Shown here one piece after another: positions 10,598 through 20,610 of a stretch of DNA of 64,000 bases. A program made the translations under genes and the position numbers. Numbering within the stretch: position 1 is the first letter of the stretch; the number at the start of each line of letters is the position of its first letter. This stretch comes from an uncultured Bacteroidales bacterium (GTDB lineage: Bacteria > Bacteroidota > Bacteroidia > Bacteroidales > GCA-2748055). The stretch spans positions 61,003 to 125,002 of the forward strand of contig CAVXSF010000009.1 of NCBI GenBank assembly GCA_963764345.1, written 5' to 3'. The notes below the pieces were generated by a model. The model was not told the DNA's origin, searched no databases, and was given only the letters and a program-made list of their open reading frames with translations.

Positions 10598-11950
10598 CTA
10601 TTCAGTTTCTTTTCTCATTACATCGAGACCGTGCCGTATGATCTGTTGAACTTCGGTTTTTGACGTACACACAAATTCACAAAGTGCAAAATCCTCTTCC
10701 GATACTTCGTAGATGCCAAGTCTTTCCATCAGCTCCACATCTTCCACCAGTATTGCCTTGATCAGATGTACCGGGTAAATGTCCATGGGAAAGACTTTCT
10801 CATATTCACCGGTCATCACATAGGCTCTTCTTCCACCATGCAGGTTAGTGTCCATTTTGTAGCTGCGGCCCGGTGTCATCCATGAGAAGAAGGATCTTGA
10901 AACACTGAATTTATTAAATCCGGGTAAAGCCCAGCCGAGAAATTCGAAATGGTCACCTTCCGGGATCACCGTGACCTGGTTATCATAGTATCCCAGATAA
11001 CCCGACTTTAATATTTTGGTGCCGGTGAGAACATTACCGCTGATATATCGCAGGTTCCCTCCGGTAACATTGTCTTTTACAAGCGGAGCAATGGAAGCCC
11101 CCCTGATCACCTTATAATAAACGGGCTTATTCACTTCTGAACCTGCGAGTGCTATAATGGTTGAATTGTCGACTTTCCCGTCCATAAAGAGTTTACCGAT
11201 GGAAATGACATCCTGTGGTCTGATATACCAGACAATATCTCCTTTATTAACCGGTGCAATGTGATGAATCTGGATTCCGGGATTTCCTGCAGGATGAGGC
11301 CCCTTGAAAAAGTGCATCTCCACCCCCCTGGCCTCACTAAACGTCCTGGTTGCAGGATAATCGGCGCTGACGGAGAGATGGATCTTTCCGTCAGTCAACC
11401 TGGATAATACATCCACCCCTTTTTGAAATTCCAGCTGGAAATCCTTAAGGATAAAATCAATATCCGGGGCCAGAGGTGCACTGTCGAAACCTGAAATAAA
11501 AATATCCCTGGGTGTTTTTTCAGGATTGGCAATGACAGAAAACGGCCGCTGGCGAACGAGTGTCCACATCCCGCTTTCCAGCAATACATCAATAATCTGT
11601 TCCCTTGTCAAATTCGCCGGATCCCCAACTTTGTATTCCAGGTACTCATCTTTTTCAGCAGCATCAACCACCACTTCAAGAATTTTTCTGCGCTCACCAC
11701 GGGTCACCGCACTAACGGTTCCTGAAACGGGTGAGGTAAACTTGATTTGGGGATTTCTCTTATCAAAAAACAGCGGTGTGCCAACATTGACTTTATCACC
11801 TGGTTTGACGTTGAGTTTGGGCAGGATGCCGACAAAATCCGTGGGCTTAAGTGCATAGGACGAAGATCTGTCCACCTTCATGTAAATTTTATCAGCTTTT
11901 CCTTCAAGATTAATATCCAGACCTTTCCTGATCCTGATAATTTCTGACAT
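10598..11950 (-). CDS. nqrA: Na+-NQR subunit A
   Basis: IRKGLDI.L.G, SPVSG.V, GPHPAGN, ISGNVL.G, EEDFALCEFVCTSK. Confidence 0.96.
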   Translation of the reverse strand: MSEIIRIRKGLDINLEGKADKIYMKVDRSSSYALKPTDFVGILPKLNVKPGDKVNVGTPLFFDKRNPQIKFTSPVSGTVSAVTRGERRKILEVVVDAAEKDEYLEYKVGDPANLTREQIIDVLLESGMWTLVRQRPFSVIANPEKTPRDIFISGFDSAPLAPDIDFILKDFQLEFQKGVDVLSRLTDGKIHLSVSADYPATRTFSEARGVEMHFFKGPHPAGNPGIQIHHIAPVNKGDIVWYIRPQDVISIGKLFMDGKVDNSTIIALAGSEVNKPVYYKVIRGASIAPLVKDNVTGGNLRYISGNVLTGTKILKSGYLGYYDNQVTVIPEGDHFEFLGWALPGFNKFSVSRSFFSWMTPGRSYKMDTNLHGGRRAYVMTGEYEKVFPMDIYPVHLIKAILVEDVELMERLGIYEVSEEDFALCEFVCTSKTEVQQIIRHGLDVMRKETE

Positions 11951-11981
11951 TTTAAGAATAGTGTTATTTAAAAAACTTGGA

Positions 11982-11989
11982 CAAAAATA
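11982..11989 (-). promoter_or_regulatory. Candidate sigma-A -7 element for the nqr operon (TATTTTTG)
   Basis: TAnnTTTG match about 30 nt upstream of nqrA in an AT-rich spacer. Confidence 0.45.
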
Positions 11990-12151
11990 ATTATTTTTAC
12001 TTTTTATCTCCTGAAAATTTAAAAAAACAGCTTTAAAAATCTATAATTATATATTTATTGATATTTGCTTCTCAGATTTTTCAAAATTAACTATTAAAAA
12101 CATAATCAGGAAAATGGCGTTAACTTATTAATTCATGTAAATAACAACCAT

Positions 12152-13468
12152 ATGTGCAGGACTGTTCATACAATAACAACCGTATTTCTCATCCTGCTTT
12201 TAAGCAGCAGAGTGGCCAATGCAGTGCTTCCCGCAGACTTCGGCGACTCGCCGATTGTGCCGGGTGTCTTTAAAAGTAATATCAAAACGGTGAATATTCA
12301 TCGTGAAGGATGGAATCTCAGCTATCCGGTCATCGATCTCAACGGCCCGGTTAAGCTCATACTGAGTTTTGACGATCTTTCTTCTGAAATCAAGAATTAC
12401 TATTACCGGATCGTCCTCTGTAATGCAGACTGGACGCCGTCTTCACTGAACGAGAATGAGTATCTTGAGGGCTATCTTCAGAATCAGATTTCTGATTATG
12501 AGCACTCATTTAATACCTATTTCAATTATATCCACTACAGCCTGAAACTTCCGAATAACGATGTGGGGTTCAAAGTATCAGGAAATTACGCCATTATATT
12601 ATATTCGGATTATAATGAAGATGACACCGTTTTCATCAAGCGGTTTTTTGTGGCTGAGAAATTCGTTGATGTGAATGCCTCGATCCAGAGACCTTCGCTG
12701 TCTGTTTTCCGCGATGTAGGTCAGGAAGTCGATTTTACAGTCAGTTACGGTTCTTTCCCTATCAGGGATCCGTACAGTGAAGTAAAAATAACCATTCTTC
12801 AGAATGGACGGTGGGATAATGCAAACACCGGTCTCAAACCCTTTTACGACCGGGATGGCGTCCTCGATTATGATTATAACACGCAAAACGTTTTCTTGGG
12901 AGGGAACGAATTCAGGTGGTTTGACATGAAAAGCTTCCGGTATCAGTCTCCTTATATTAAAGATGTCGAATTCAAACAGGGCCACTTTTACGTTGACCTC
13001 TTTCCCGATCCGTTAAGAGGCGGAAAAATGTATTTTTATGAACAGGACCTGAACGGGAGATATTATATCGAAGTGCAGGAAGAAAACGATAACGACACGG
13101 ATGCCGACTATGCGTATGTCAACTTCACACTTCCCATGGATCAGCTTCCCGACAGCAGCAGCGTTTATGTAATGGGAGACCTCACCAACTGGATCTATGA
13201 TGACCAGAATAAAATGACCTACAATGCCGATTCATCAGCATATAAACTTACACTTTTGCTCAAGCAGGGCTATTATAATTATGAATACGGGGTAAAGAAG
13301 AAAGGAGCCGATACCGTCGATATCGACCTTACCGAGGGGAATCATTACGAAACGGAAAATGATTATATCATCCTGGTTTATTTCCATAGCACCACTTCTC
13401 GGCATGAGAGACTTATCGGATACCAGATTGCCAATTCGCTGAACCAGGACAAAGACAGAAATCGATAA
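12152..13468 (+). CDS. DUF5103-domain protein (T9SS plug-like)
   Basis: Signal peptide; L.FDDL, HC/LCNADW, SFNT...Y.HY, GGNEFR.FD, LKQGYYNY, EGN.YETEN.Y as recalled for DUF5103. Confidence 0.8.
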   Translation: MCRTVHTITTVFLILLLSSRVANAVLPADFGDSPIVPGVFKSNIKTVNIHREGWNLSYPVIDLNGPVKLILSFDDLSSEIKNYYYRIVLCNADWTPSSLNENEYLEGYLQNQISDYEHSFNTYFNYIHYSLKLPNNDVGFKVSGNYAIILYSDYNEDDTVFIKRFFVAEKFVDVNASIQRPSLSVFRDVGQEVDFTVSYGSFPIRDPYSEVKITILQNGRWDNANTGLKPFYDRDGVLDYDYNTQNVFLGGNEFRWFDMKSFRYQSPYIKDVEFKQGHFYVDLFPDPLRGGKMYFYEQDLNGRYYIEVQEENDNDTDADYAYVNFTLPMDQLPDSSSVYVMGDLTNWIYDDQNKMTYNADSSAYKLTLLLKQGYYNYEYGVKKKGADTVDIDLTEGNHYETENDYIILVYFHSTTSRHERLIGYQIANSLNQDKDRNR

Positions 13469-13612
13469 CATTGGCCTTTGCCTTAAAAACCCGGAGCCTG
13501 CCTGAATTTACATTCAATTAAACTGCCGCCGGCCATGATGCGGATTCATATTCATGGACCATCCGCAGTATTCAGAAACCTCCGTTCCGGGAAACCTTAG
13601 GCGACATATTGC

Positions 13613-14167
13613 CTACAGACCTATTTCGTCACTGATGGTTCTCATGGCATCGACCGATATCTGGATGAATTCATCGAGAGGAATGCCTATATTTTCACAC
13701 TCCATAATATTTTCCCGTTTTACGGAGGCGGCAAAGGCTTTTTCAGTCATCCTTTTTTTTACCGATTTATATTTTATCGTGGCAATCTTCCTTTCAGGAT
13801 AAACCAGCGTCGTAGCATAGATCAAACCGGTGATCGTCTCGCCTGCGGCAAGAGCATGCTGAAACTCGGTGGTCCGGTCCCTGCCTGTGGCTTCTTCATT
13901 GTGCATGCTTACCGCATCGATAATGTCCTCACCGATACCATTCTGTCGCAGGATATCCACGGAAACGACTCCGTGTGTTTTGGGATCGGCATGGGTTATT
14001 TCCACATCGATATCATGGAGTAATCCGGCAAGTCCGAATTTCTCCACATCCCGGCCGAGACGTTTTGCCACAGCCCTTAATACCACTTCAGAAGAAAGTG
14101 AATGTACGATCATCTTATCACTTTTCACGTACTGTTTAAGCAAAGAAAGAGCTTCTTCCCTGTTCAT
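13613..14167 (-). CDS. HD (HDIG) domain metal-dependent phosphohydrolase
   Basis: H...GLLHDID...HG...HN, K.FAASV.RE.I..CE..G. Confidence 0.85.
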   Translation of the reverse strand: MNREEALSLLKQYVKSDKMIVHSLSSEVVLRAVAKRLGRDVEKFGLAGLLHDIDVEITHADPKTHGVVSVDILRQNGIGEDIIDAVSMHNEEATGRDRTTEFQHALAAGETITGLIYATTLVYPERKIATIKYKSVKKRMTEKAFAASVKRENIMECENIGIPLDEFIQISVDAMRTISDEIGL

Positions 14168-14308
14168 CTTTTTTTAGCCGAAAATAGTAATTTTTTCTGA
14201 CTGGACGCTTGAATGAAATTCATCATTACTGAAAAAACCAAGGTGTACAGGATTTTCCGAAAATATCCGAAAAATGATTAATTTTACCCCTCGAAAATAT
14301 CAAAAACC

Positions 14309-14524
14309 ATGACCATAAAAAAGGAAACTTCCATCGAGGATTTAGTAAATGCATTGCCCGCTGCCGTAAAATATCTGTCGGAAAAAGGCATTACATGTAT
14401 CGATTGTGGCGAACCTGTCTGGGGAACCCTGGAAGAAGCAGCTGTTGAAAAAGGATTTGAGCCAGAGGATATTGAAAGTTTTGTCAGGGATCTTAACAGG
14501 CTTAAGGATCAGTTTGATAAATGA
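14309..14524 (+). CDS. DUF1858-like small CxxC protein
   Basis: I.K...I.DLV...P.....L...GI.CIDCG....TLEEAA...G pattern. Confidence 0.75.
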   Translation: MTIKKETSIEDLVNALPAAVKYLSEKGITCIDCGEPVWGTLEEAAVEKGFEPEDIESFVRDLNRLKDQFDK

Positions 14525-14654
14525 TACATTCCGGCATCCATATCTTACTTTTCCGGTGAATACAGAAATAGACAAGAAACTAATTTCCTTCCTGTCCTCT
14601 GCCAGCGAAACGAATTACTTCAGATGACTGACAAACGCGGGGGAGATGATCATA

Positions 14655-16466
14655 TCAGCTGCCGGGAATAAAGGGGAAACCCTGGAATATGAATATCATG
14701 ATCCCAACCACCACGATAACCAGCAGAGTAAAGCCGAGCAATGGCTGATTGTGATCCTTACGATTCATCTCATCTGCCACCTGCGTCCAGAAGGAGGGCT
14801 TGCCGTCCTCTTTCAACCCGTATAAAGCAAAAAAGACATTCCCCAGGTAGCTAAGGATAACGGCAATCACCAGGCCTCCAAACAAAGCCATCCAGATGAT
14901 GGTGAAAAAGAAGGCAATGGGAAGTTGCACAATCCTGCTTTTCAGATCCTTAATCTTTAATGAAATTTTTTCAAGTTCCGCCGTTCGTTTGCTTTTCCAG
15001 GTTCCGAACTCGGCCTTCCTGTTCCTGACCCTGTTTTTCAGGCTCTCATTTACGGCCAGTTGCTGAGGATCCGTGGCATTCTTCAGCTTTTCAATTTCAG
15101 CGTTGAGTGAATCCTGATCCCGGAGATACAACTTCTCCAGCCGGTTCATCTCATCCAGCCCTTTCTGATAGTTCAGCTGAAGAGATTTCCTTCTCTGGTC
15201 GAGGGTCTTGATATTTGTGAAATCGCCGAAGACATTACCCGGAAAGTTCTTGTAATAGTTCAGCCGTTCCACCTGATTATCCATTTCCAGCCTCTGAATA
15301 CCTCCCAAAGTCAAAGCGGCATGATGAATCCTGGCAATATGGGCATCGAGTATCACATTCTTCACATTCAGGGTGATATAAATCGCAAGACCCACAACAA
15401 TTGCAGGTATAACGGCGAGAATGGCACCGAAAAATCCAGCCGGGACCAGGGCTAATAGATAACGCAGGAATTTTCTTCCGATCACCCCAAGGAATTTAAT
15501 ACTGCCGGGAATACGGGTATTGAAATCTTTGTCATGAACCATGTGAGGAGGCATCATGAGGGAGGCAAACAATAGTATTACGAGAACAAATAAAAGGATA
15601 AGCGATACAAATGTATTTATATTGATAGAAATCCCGAGGAGCGAAAATCCCGAACCCGGAATCCAGCCGAGCATATCGAGTACGATCTCGATGATGATAC
15701 CGGCAAGCATTATGGTTATATAGGAAAGGACGGCCCGTAGCGCATTAAAACCACTGTTGAACCTGGATTTTACTTCACTGAAGCCGGTATTCCATCGTTT
15801 TTCAAACCGCATCGACGATATCTCGCCAAAAGCCCAGATCACAGGCAATACCGAGAATACCATACCGAAGGCGCCGATAACCGGTGATCCGATAAGAATG
15901 CCTGTGCCATAAAAAAGCAACAGAATGAATACCGACCATACGGCTCCCCGTAACGAAACTCTGTAAAAATTTGCATTAACGCTCATCCCCACATTCCGGT
16001 ATGTTATCCGGTAAATCCACCAGGGCCATTGGATGCCATAATGAAGGATCATCTTGTAGAGGAACACCAGGGGTGGTATGAAAAGTTTCAGGAACCAGAT
16101 GAAAGCATGAATGATCCAGAAAAGGATGGTTTTGATGAGCAGCAGAATATCGATAAAAATGATGAAGAGCACAAAAATCCCGTTGAGTATCCATACCACA
16201 AGATCGTAAAGAAAACCGAAAAGCATCAGGATCCATCTGAACAGCAACCAGAATCCACCTCTGGCTTCGAGATACTGATCGCTTTTTGCCATGCCGAAAA
16301 GGTAGGCAGGCTTTTCCCCGGTAATCGTAAAATGGAGATAGGACAGGACAAGAAAACTGAATGCCAGGGCGGGATATAAAGGAATAACTTTTAAAAGAAG
16401 AAACATTACAAAAGCCGAAAGCACGAGAGCGATCAGCTTCTTAATGTAGATGGAAACCTTGTCCAT
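14655..16466 (-). CDS. Hypothetical polytopic membrane protein with soluble coiled-coil domain
   Basis: 603-aa ORF with many hydrophobic segments and a ~130-aa charged helical insert near the C-terminus. Confidence 0.75.
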   Translation of the reverse strand: MDKVSIYIKKLIALVLSAFVMFLLLKVIPLYPALAFSFLVLSYLHFTITGEKPAYLFGMAKSDQYLEARGGFWLLFRWILMLFGFLYDLVVWILNGIFVLFIIFIDILLLIKTILFWIIHAFIWFLKLFIPPLVFLYKMILHYGIQWPWWIYRITYRNVGMSVNANFYRVSLRGAVWSVFILLLFYGTGILIGSPVIGAFGMVFSVLPVIWAFGEISSMRFEKRWNTGFSEVKSRFNSGFNALRAVLSYITIMLAGIIIEIVLDMLGWIPGSGFSLLGISININTFVSLILLFVLVILLFASLMMPPHMVHDKDFNTRIPGSIKFLGVIGRKFLRYLLALVPAGFFGAILAVIPAIVVGLAIYITLNVKNVILDAHIARIHHAALTLGGIQRLEMDNQVERLNYYKNFPGNVFGDFTNIKTLDQRRKSLQLNYQKGLDEMNRLEKLYLRDQDSLNAEIEKLKNATDPQQLAVNESLKNRVRNRKAEFGTWKSKRTAELEKISLKIKDLKSRIVQLPIAFFFTIIWMALFGGLVIAVILSYLGNVFFALYGLKEDGKPSFWTQVADEMNRKDHNQPLLGFTLLVIVVVGIMIFIFQGFPFIPGS

Positions 16467-16648
16467 ATAGGGAAATTTTGTGGTCTGTATTTAAAAACAA
16501 GTTTATGGATTTTTTTTGTAAAATCCTATCCTCAACCACCAATGGGGTTTACAGCCTGATCCCCTCCCGGCAGGTCTATATTCATTGAAGATCCTTACGC
16601 TGAACACTTGACGATTCTTCAGCGGCAAAATATTATCACCCGCTATTT

Positions 16649-17614
16649 TTAGTGATATCGGCCTTCAAGCAGGTAATGCTTCACATAATCAGGAACACCC
16701 TCAGCCAGCGGCCTGAACCTTCCGGTGTACCCTGTGTCACGGAGTTTTGTCATCACGGCCTGCGTAAAATACTGGTATGTATCACGGATATCCTCAGGGG
16801 TATCGATATATTCAATTACCGGCTCCCTTCCCATGGCTTTGAAGGTCTGGGTTACCAGCTCATTAAAAGTTTCCGCCTGACCTGTGCCCAGGTTATAGAT
16901 CCCGGAAGCCTTTCTGTTCAGCATAAAATAGTACATGACATCAACGACATCTTTCACATAAATAAAGTCGCGCAATTGTTCGCCGTCCTGGAAGTCAGGA
17001 CGATGGGACCGGAAAAGTTTCATCTTTCCCGTCAGGCTGATCTGTCGAAAAGCATGCAATACAACCGATGCCATTCTGCCTTTGTGGTATTCATTCGGGC
17101 CATAGACATTGAAGAATTTCAGCCCTGCCCAGAAAGAGGGCCCGCGATCCTGTTTTAGCACCCACTTGTCGAATTCATTTTTTGATCTTCCATAAGGATT
17201 CAGGGGTTGAAGTTCGGGAATGACGGAATGATCATCCACATAGCCTTTCTCCCCGGCACCATAAGTGGCTGCCGAAGAGGCATATACCAGAGGAATGCCG
17301 AATTCAGTACATTGTTTCCAGACGTCTACGGAATAATCCAGGTTGAGTTCCCTGAATACCTCCCAGTTGAATTCAGTGGTATCGGTACGGGCTCCAAGGT
17401 GAAATACAAACTGCACCCCGGCCTGATTTTCCCTTAGCCAGGCAATGAAGTCACGCCGGTCAACTTTTTGAGTGAATACCTTGTTTTCGTAATTCGGCCG
17501 TTTAGCATCCCTGCTGAAATCATCGACAAGGATGATATCCCTGTAATTTTCCGCATTCAGCCTGGCAAGAAGATTACTGCCAATGAATCCGGCTGCTCCT
17601 GTAATGACGATCAT
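16649..17614 (-). CDS. hldD: ADP-L-glycero-D-manno-heptose 6-epimerase
   Basis: TGAAGFIGSN, YASSAATYG, PLNPYG.SK, FNVYGPNEYHKGRMAS, RDFIYV.D, YQYFT.A. Confidence 0.94.
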   Translation of the reverse strand: MIVITGAAGFIGSNLLARLNAENYRDIILVDDFSRDAKRPNYENKVFTQKVDRRDFIAWLRENQAGVQFVFHLGARTDTTEFNWEVFRELNLDYSVDVWKQCTEFGIPLVYASSAATYGAGEKGYVDDHSVIPELQPLNPYGRSKNEFDKWVLKQDRGPSFWAGLKFFNVYGPNEYHKGRMASVVLHAFRQISLTGKMKLFRSHRPDFQDGEQLRDFIYVKDVVDVMYYFMLNRKASGIYNLGTGQAETFNELVTQTFKAMGREPVIEYIDTPEDIRDTYQYFTQAVMTKLRDTGYTGRFRPLAEGVPDYVKHYLLEGRYH

Positions 17615-17680
17615 TTGTATAGTTAAGTTAATGAGTGCTGCCCGGTCTTCCATTCCCGGATCTATAGTTTTCCGGTTCAG

Positions 17681-18511
17681 CTAGACAAAAAAGGCGTTAT
17701 TTTTATAATCGAAAAGTCCTTTTTCTTTCCCTTTTTCAAACAGAAAGGTGATGGCTTTCCTCCCTTTATCACCGAGCTGTACCGAATAATCATTCACATA
17801 CAGATCAATATGTTTCCGGATAACTTCTCCGGTGAGATCCTGGGCATGTTTTTTAACAAACTTTTCCGACGCTGTGGGGTTGGCCATCGCAAATTCAACA
17901 CTTGCCCGCATAAGCCTGTCTGCCAGATGAATAATATCAGGCTTTAACTCACGCTTAATGATGATTCCTCCGAGGGGTACGGGAACCTTAAACCGTTCTT
18001 CCCAGGTTTCTCCAAGGTCGGCCACTTTTCTGAGCCCCTTTTTCTGATAAGTAAACCTCGTTTCATGAATGATCAGCCCGGCATCTACTTCGTTACTCAG
18101 AATGGCTTCTTCGATATCGGAAAACAGGTATTCCGATTTTTCTTTTACCGGGGGAAACAGAATTTCAAGGAGGTAGTTGGCTGTGGTATGAATACCAGGA
18201 ATGGCCATATGCACATCGCATATTTCATCCGGAAATATTTTCCGTCTGCTGATGATCAGCGGGCCATTCTGATAGCCTACTGCACTTCCGGCGTTCAGGA
18301 TCAGAAACTTGTCTGAGACAGCCGGATAAGCGGCAAAGCTAATTTTAGACATATCCAGTTCACCTTCCAAAATCATCAGGTTCAGCTGTTCTATATCAGC
18401 CATGATCACATCGATCTCCAGACCCCCGGTGTCAAGTCTTCCGTTCACGAGGGCGTCAAACATAAATGTATCATTGGGGCAGGTTGAAAAACCAAGCCGG
18501 ATCTTATCCAT
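17681..18511 (-). CDS. mqnD: 1,4-dihydroxy-6-naphthoate synthase (futalosine pathway)
   Basis: GFSTCPNDTF.F, DIE.LN, AIPG..TTA, G.IIHE.RFTY, PLGG, HI.LYVN. Confidence 0.93.
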   Translation of the reverse strand: MDKIRLGFSTCPNDTFMFDALVNGRLDTGGLEIDVIMADIEQLNLMILEGELDMSKISFAAYPAVSDKFLILNAGSAVGYQNGPLIISRRKIFPDEICDVHMAIPGIHTTANYLLEILFPPVKEKSEYLFSDIEEAILSNEVDAGLIIHETRFTYQKKGLRKVADLGETWEERFKVPVPLGGIIIKRELKPDIIHLADRLMRASVEFAMANPTASEKFVKKHAQDLTGEVIRKHIDLYVNDYSVQLGDKGRKAITFLFEKGKEKGLFDYKNNAFFV

Positions 18512-19188
18512 GAAGTTCTGTTATTAAACGTTCCAGTTGTCTGGCCATACGGGTCAATGCCATATTTATTTCCCAATGGTCACGGTTCCTTGGTTCCACC
18601 AGGTTCGAAACCGTTCTCAACTGCACAAAATTAAGATTTTGTTGCTTGCAAACATAAAAAAAAGCAGCTCCTTCCATGCTTTCGACATCCGGATCATATC
18701 TTTCCCGCATTGCCTGTATTGAATCAACGGTACCGGATACTGTATTCAGGGTAATGCCTTTTACGGCTGTGATCTCCTGAAGGCAATCAACGGCAGGCCC
18801 CGGATTGTCGTCCATCCACCCCGCCATCCAGGAATCAGCCGGAGGATACAAACCCAGCGTACCTGCCGGTAGAAAACCTTCAGGACTCCCGGCGCCCAGA
18901 TCAGCGAAACGGTCCTGTTCCACCCTCAGCGTTGTACCCGAAGTGTACACCGACCGGTAAGAACCACAGATGCCGGAAAGAATGGCAAGATCATATTTAG
19001 TGGAGGTAAGACGCTGTGAAAGCCGAAAGATCATGGCAGGAGTCCCGGCGCCCGGGACGAGGAAATCCGTCATTACATGTACCCCAAAATGCCCGGGAAA
19101 GTTGCGGGTTTAAACTTTTTAGGTGTGGAAATGTTTTGCTGATACCTGAATATTCGGAAGCTGAAGGGATGACAATAAGTATCTTCAT
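18504..19188 (-). CDS. mqnB: Futalosine hydrolase (nucleoside phosphorylase fold); +1 frameshift near 19080-19095
   Basis: 5' ORF MKILIV...E joins 3' ORF with G.G, GICG, TLNTVSG, ESMEGAAF, R.VSN.VE.R...W; overlaps mqnD. Confidence 0.85.
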
Positions 19189-19432
19189 ACCGGTAAAAGT
19201 AAAGTCATGTTAACGGAACATAAAATTATATTACAGCAAAATGCAACCACCGGTCTGATGGATAGGACATAATGCAGTGTAATTCATATCTTTATTGAAA
19301 ATCAGTCAAAAATAACACTAAAAACGCTTAATTTGTAAAAGAATTACGGGGTATTCATCCCTGACCGGTTCATTTCGGCGAAAATCCTGCCGGAATCCTG
19401 TCAGCGGGTTCCCGGTTAAACAAAACGATGTT

Positions 19433-19846
19433 ATGATATTCATCACCCGGAGGGAACGGTTCAGCGCCGCGCACCGGCTTTATAATAAAGACTGGTCCGA
19501 CAGCAAAAATTTTGAAGTATATGGAGCCTGCTCAAATCCGAACTGGCACGGCCATAATTATATTCTTAAGATAACTGTAAAAGGCGAAATAAACCCTGAG
19601 ATCGGCTATCTTTGTGACCTCAAAATTCTGAGCGGGATGATCAGGGAAGCTGTAATAGATAAACTTGACCATAAAAATATCAACCTCGAGGTGGATTTCA
19701 TGCAGGGGAAAAAAGTTTCAACCGAAAATCTGGCTGTAGGAATCTGGGAACAACTTGATCCCCTGATCCGGAAGATGAATATTGAACTTCATTCTGTATA
19801 CCTGGAGGAAACGGAAAATAATTTTGTTGAATATTTCGGTAATTAG
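19433..19846 (+). CDS. queD: 6-carboxytetrahydropterin / 6-pyruvoyltetrahydropterin synthase
   Basis: FSAAHRL, C.NPN.HGHNY, LDHKN.N, STENLA, ET.NN. Confidence 0.88.
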   Translation: MIFITRRERFSAAHRLYNKDWSDSKNFEVYGACSNPNWHGHNYILKITVKGEINPEIGYLCDLKILSGMIREAVIDKLDHKNINLEVDFMQGKKVSTENLAVGIWEQLDPLIRKMNIELHSVYLEETENNFVEYFGN

Positions 19847-19855
19847 AGGCGTTAT

Positions 19856-20495
19856 ATGGATATAGAAAAGAAAAACCAAGGACCTGAACGGTGAAAATGG
19901 CTACCAGCGTGTTGACCGGTATGATGAGGAACAAACCGGCAGGCTGAGTGAAAACTACAGAAGCATCCTCGAGATTATCGGCGAGGATCTTTCCCGTGAC
20001 GGCCTGCTAAAAACCCCGGAACGTGTTGCCAAAGCCATGCAATTCCTCACCAATGGCTACGGGATTGACCCGGCTGAGATTCTCAAATCGGCCATGTTCA
20101 AGGAAGATTACCAGCAAATGGTGATCGTGAAAGACATTGAAGTGTACTCACTTTGTGAACATCATTTGCTGCCGTTTTTCGGCAAGGCCCACATAGCATA
20201 CATACCGAACGGTTACATTACCGGACTCAGTAAAATTGCCCGGATTACGGAAGCTTTCTCCCGGCGTCTCCAGGTACAGGAGCGGCTTACCGTTCAGATC
20301 CGGGACTGTATTCAGGAAACCCTGAACCCGTTAGGTGTGGCCGTGGTTATCGAAGCCAGACATCTGTGCATGATTATGCGTGGAATTCAGAAGCAGAATT
20401 CCATCACCACTACCTCAGCGTTTACCGGGGAGTTCCTCGATAATGCGAGAACAAGAGAGGAATTTATACACCTCATTGGTTCGCACCTGATTTAG
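19856..20495 (+). CDS. folE: GTP cyclohydrolase I; +1 frameshift in the A-rich run near 19865-19878
   Basis: [16 protein letters not shown] upstream of the listed ORF, then [26 protein letters not shown]; ATG 19856 is out of frame by one base. Confidence 0.93.
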
Positions 20496-20610
20496 CTTTC
20501 AATTAGCATATTCTCAACCTGCCGTGCTTTCGATTTATACAAAGTTTACAATGAAAAGTTAGTTTTTAATACATATCTCACTATTTTTGTCAAATATTTC
20601 ACAACGATTT

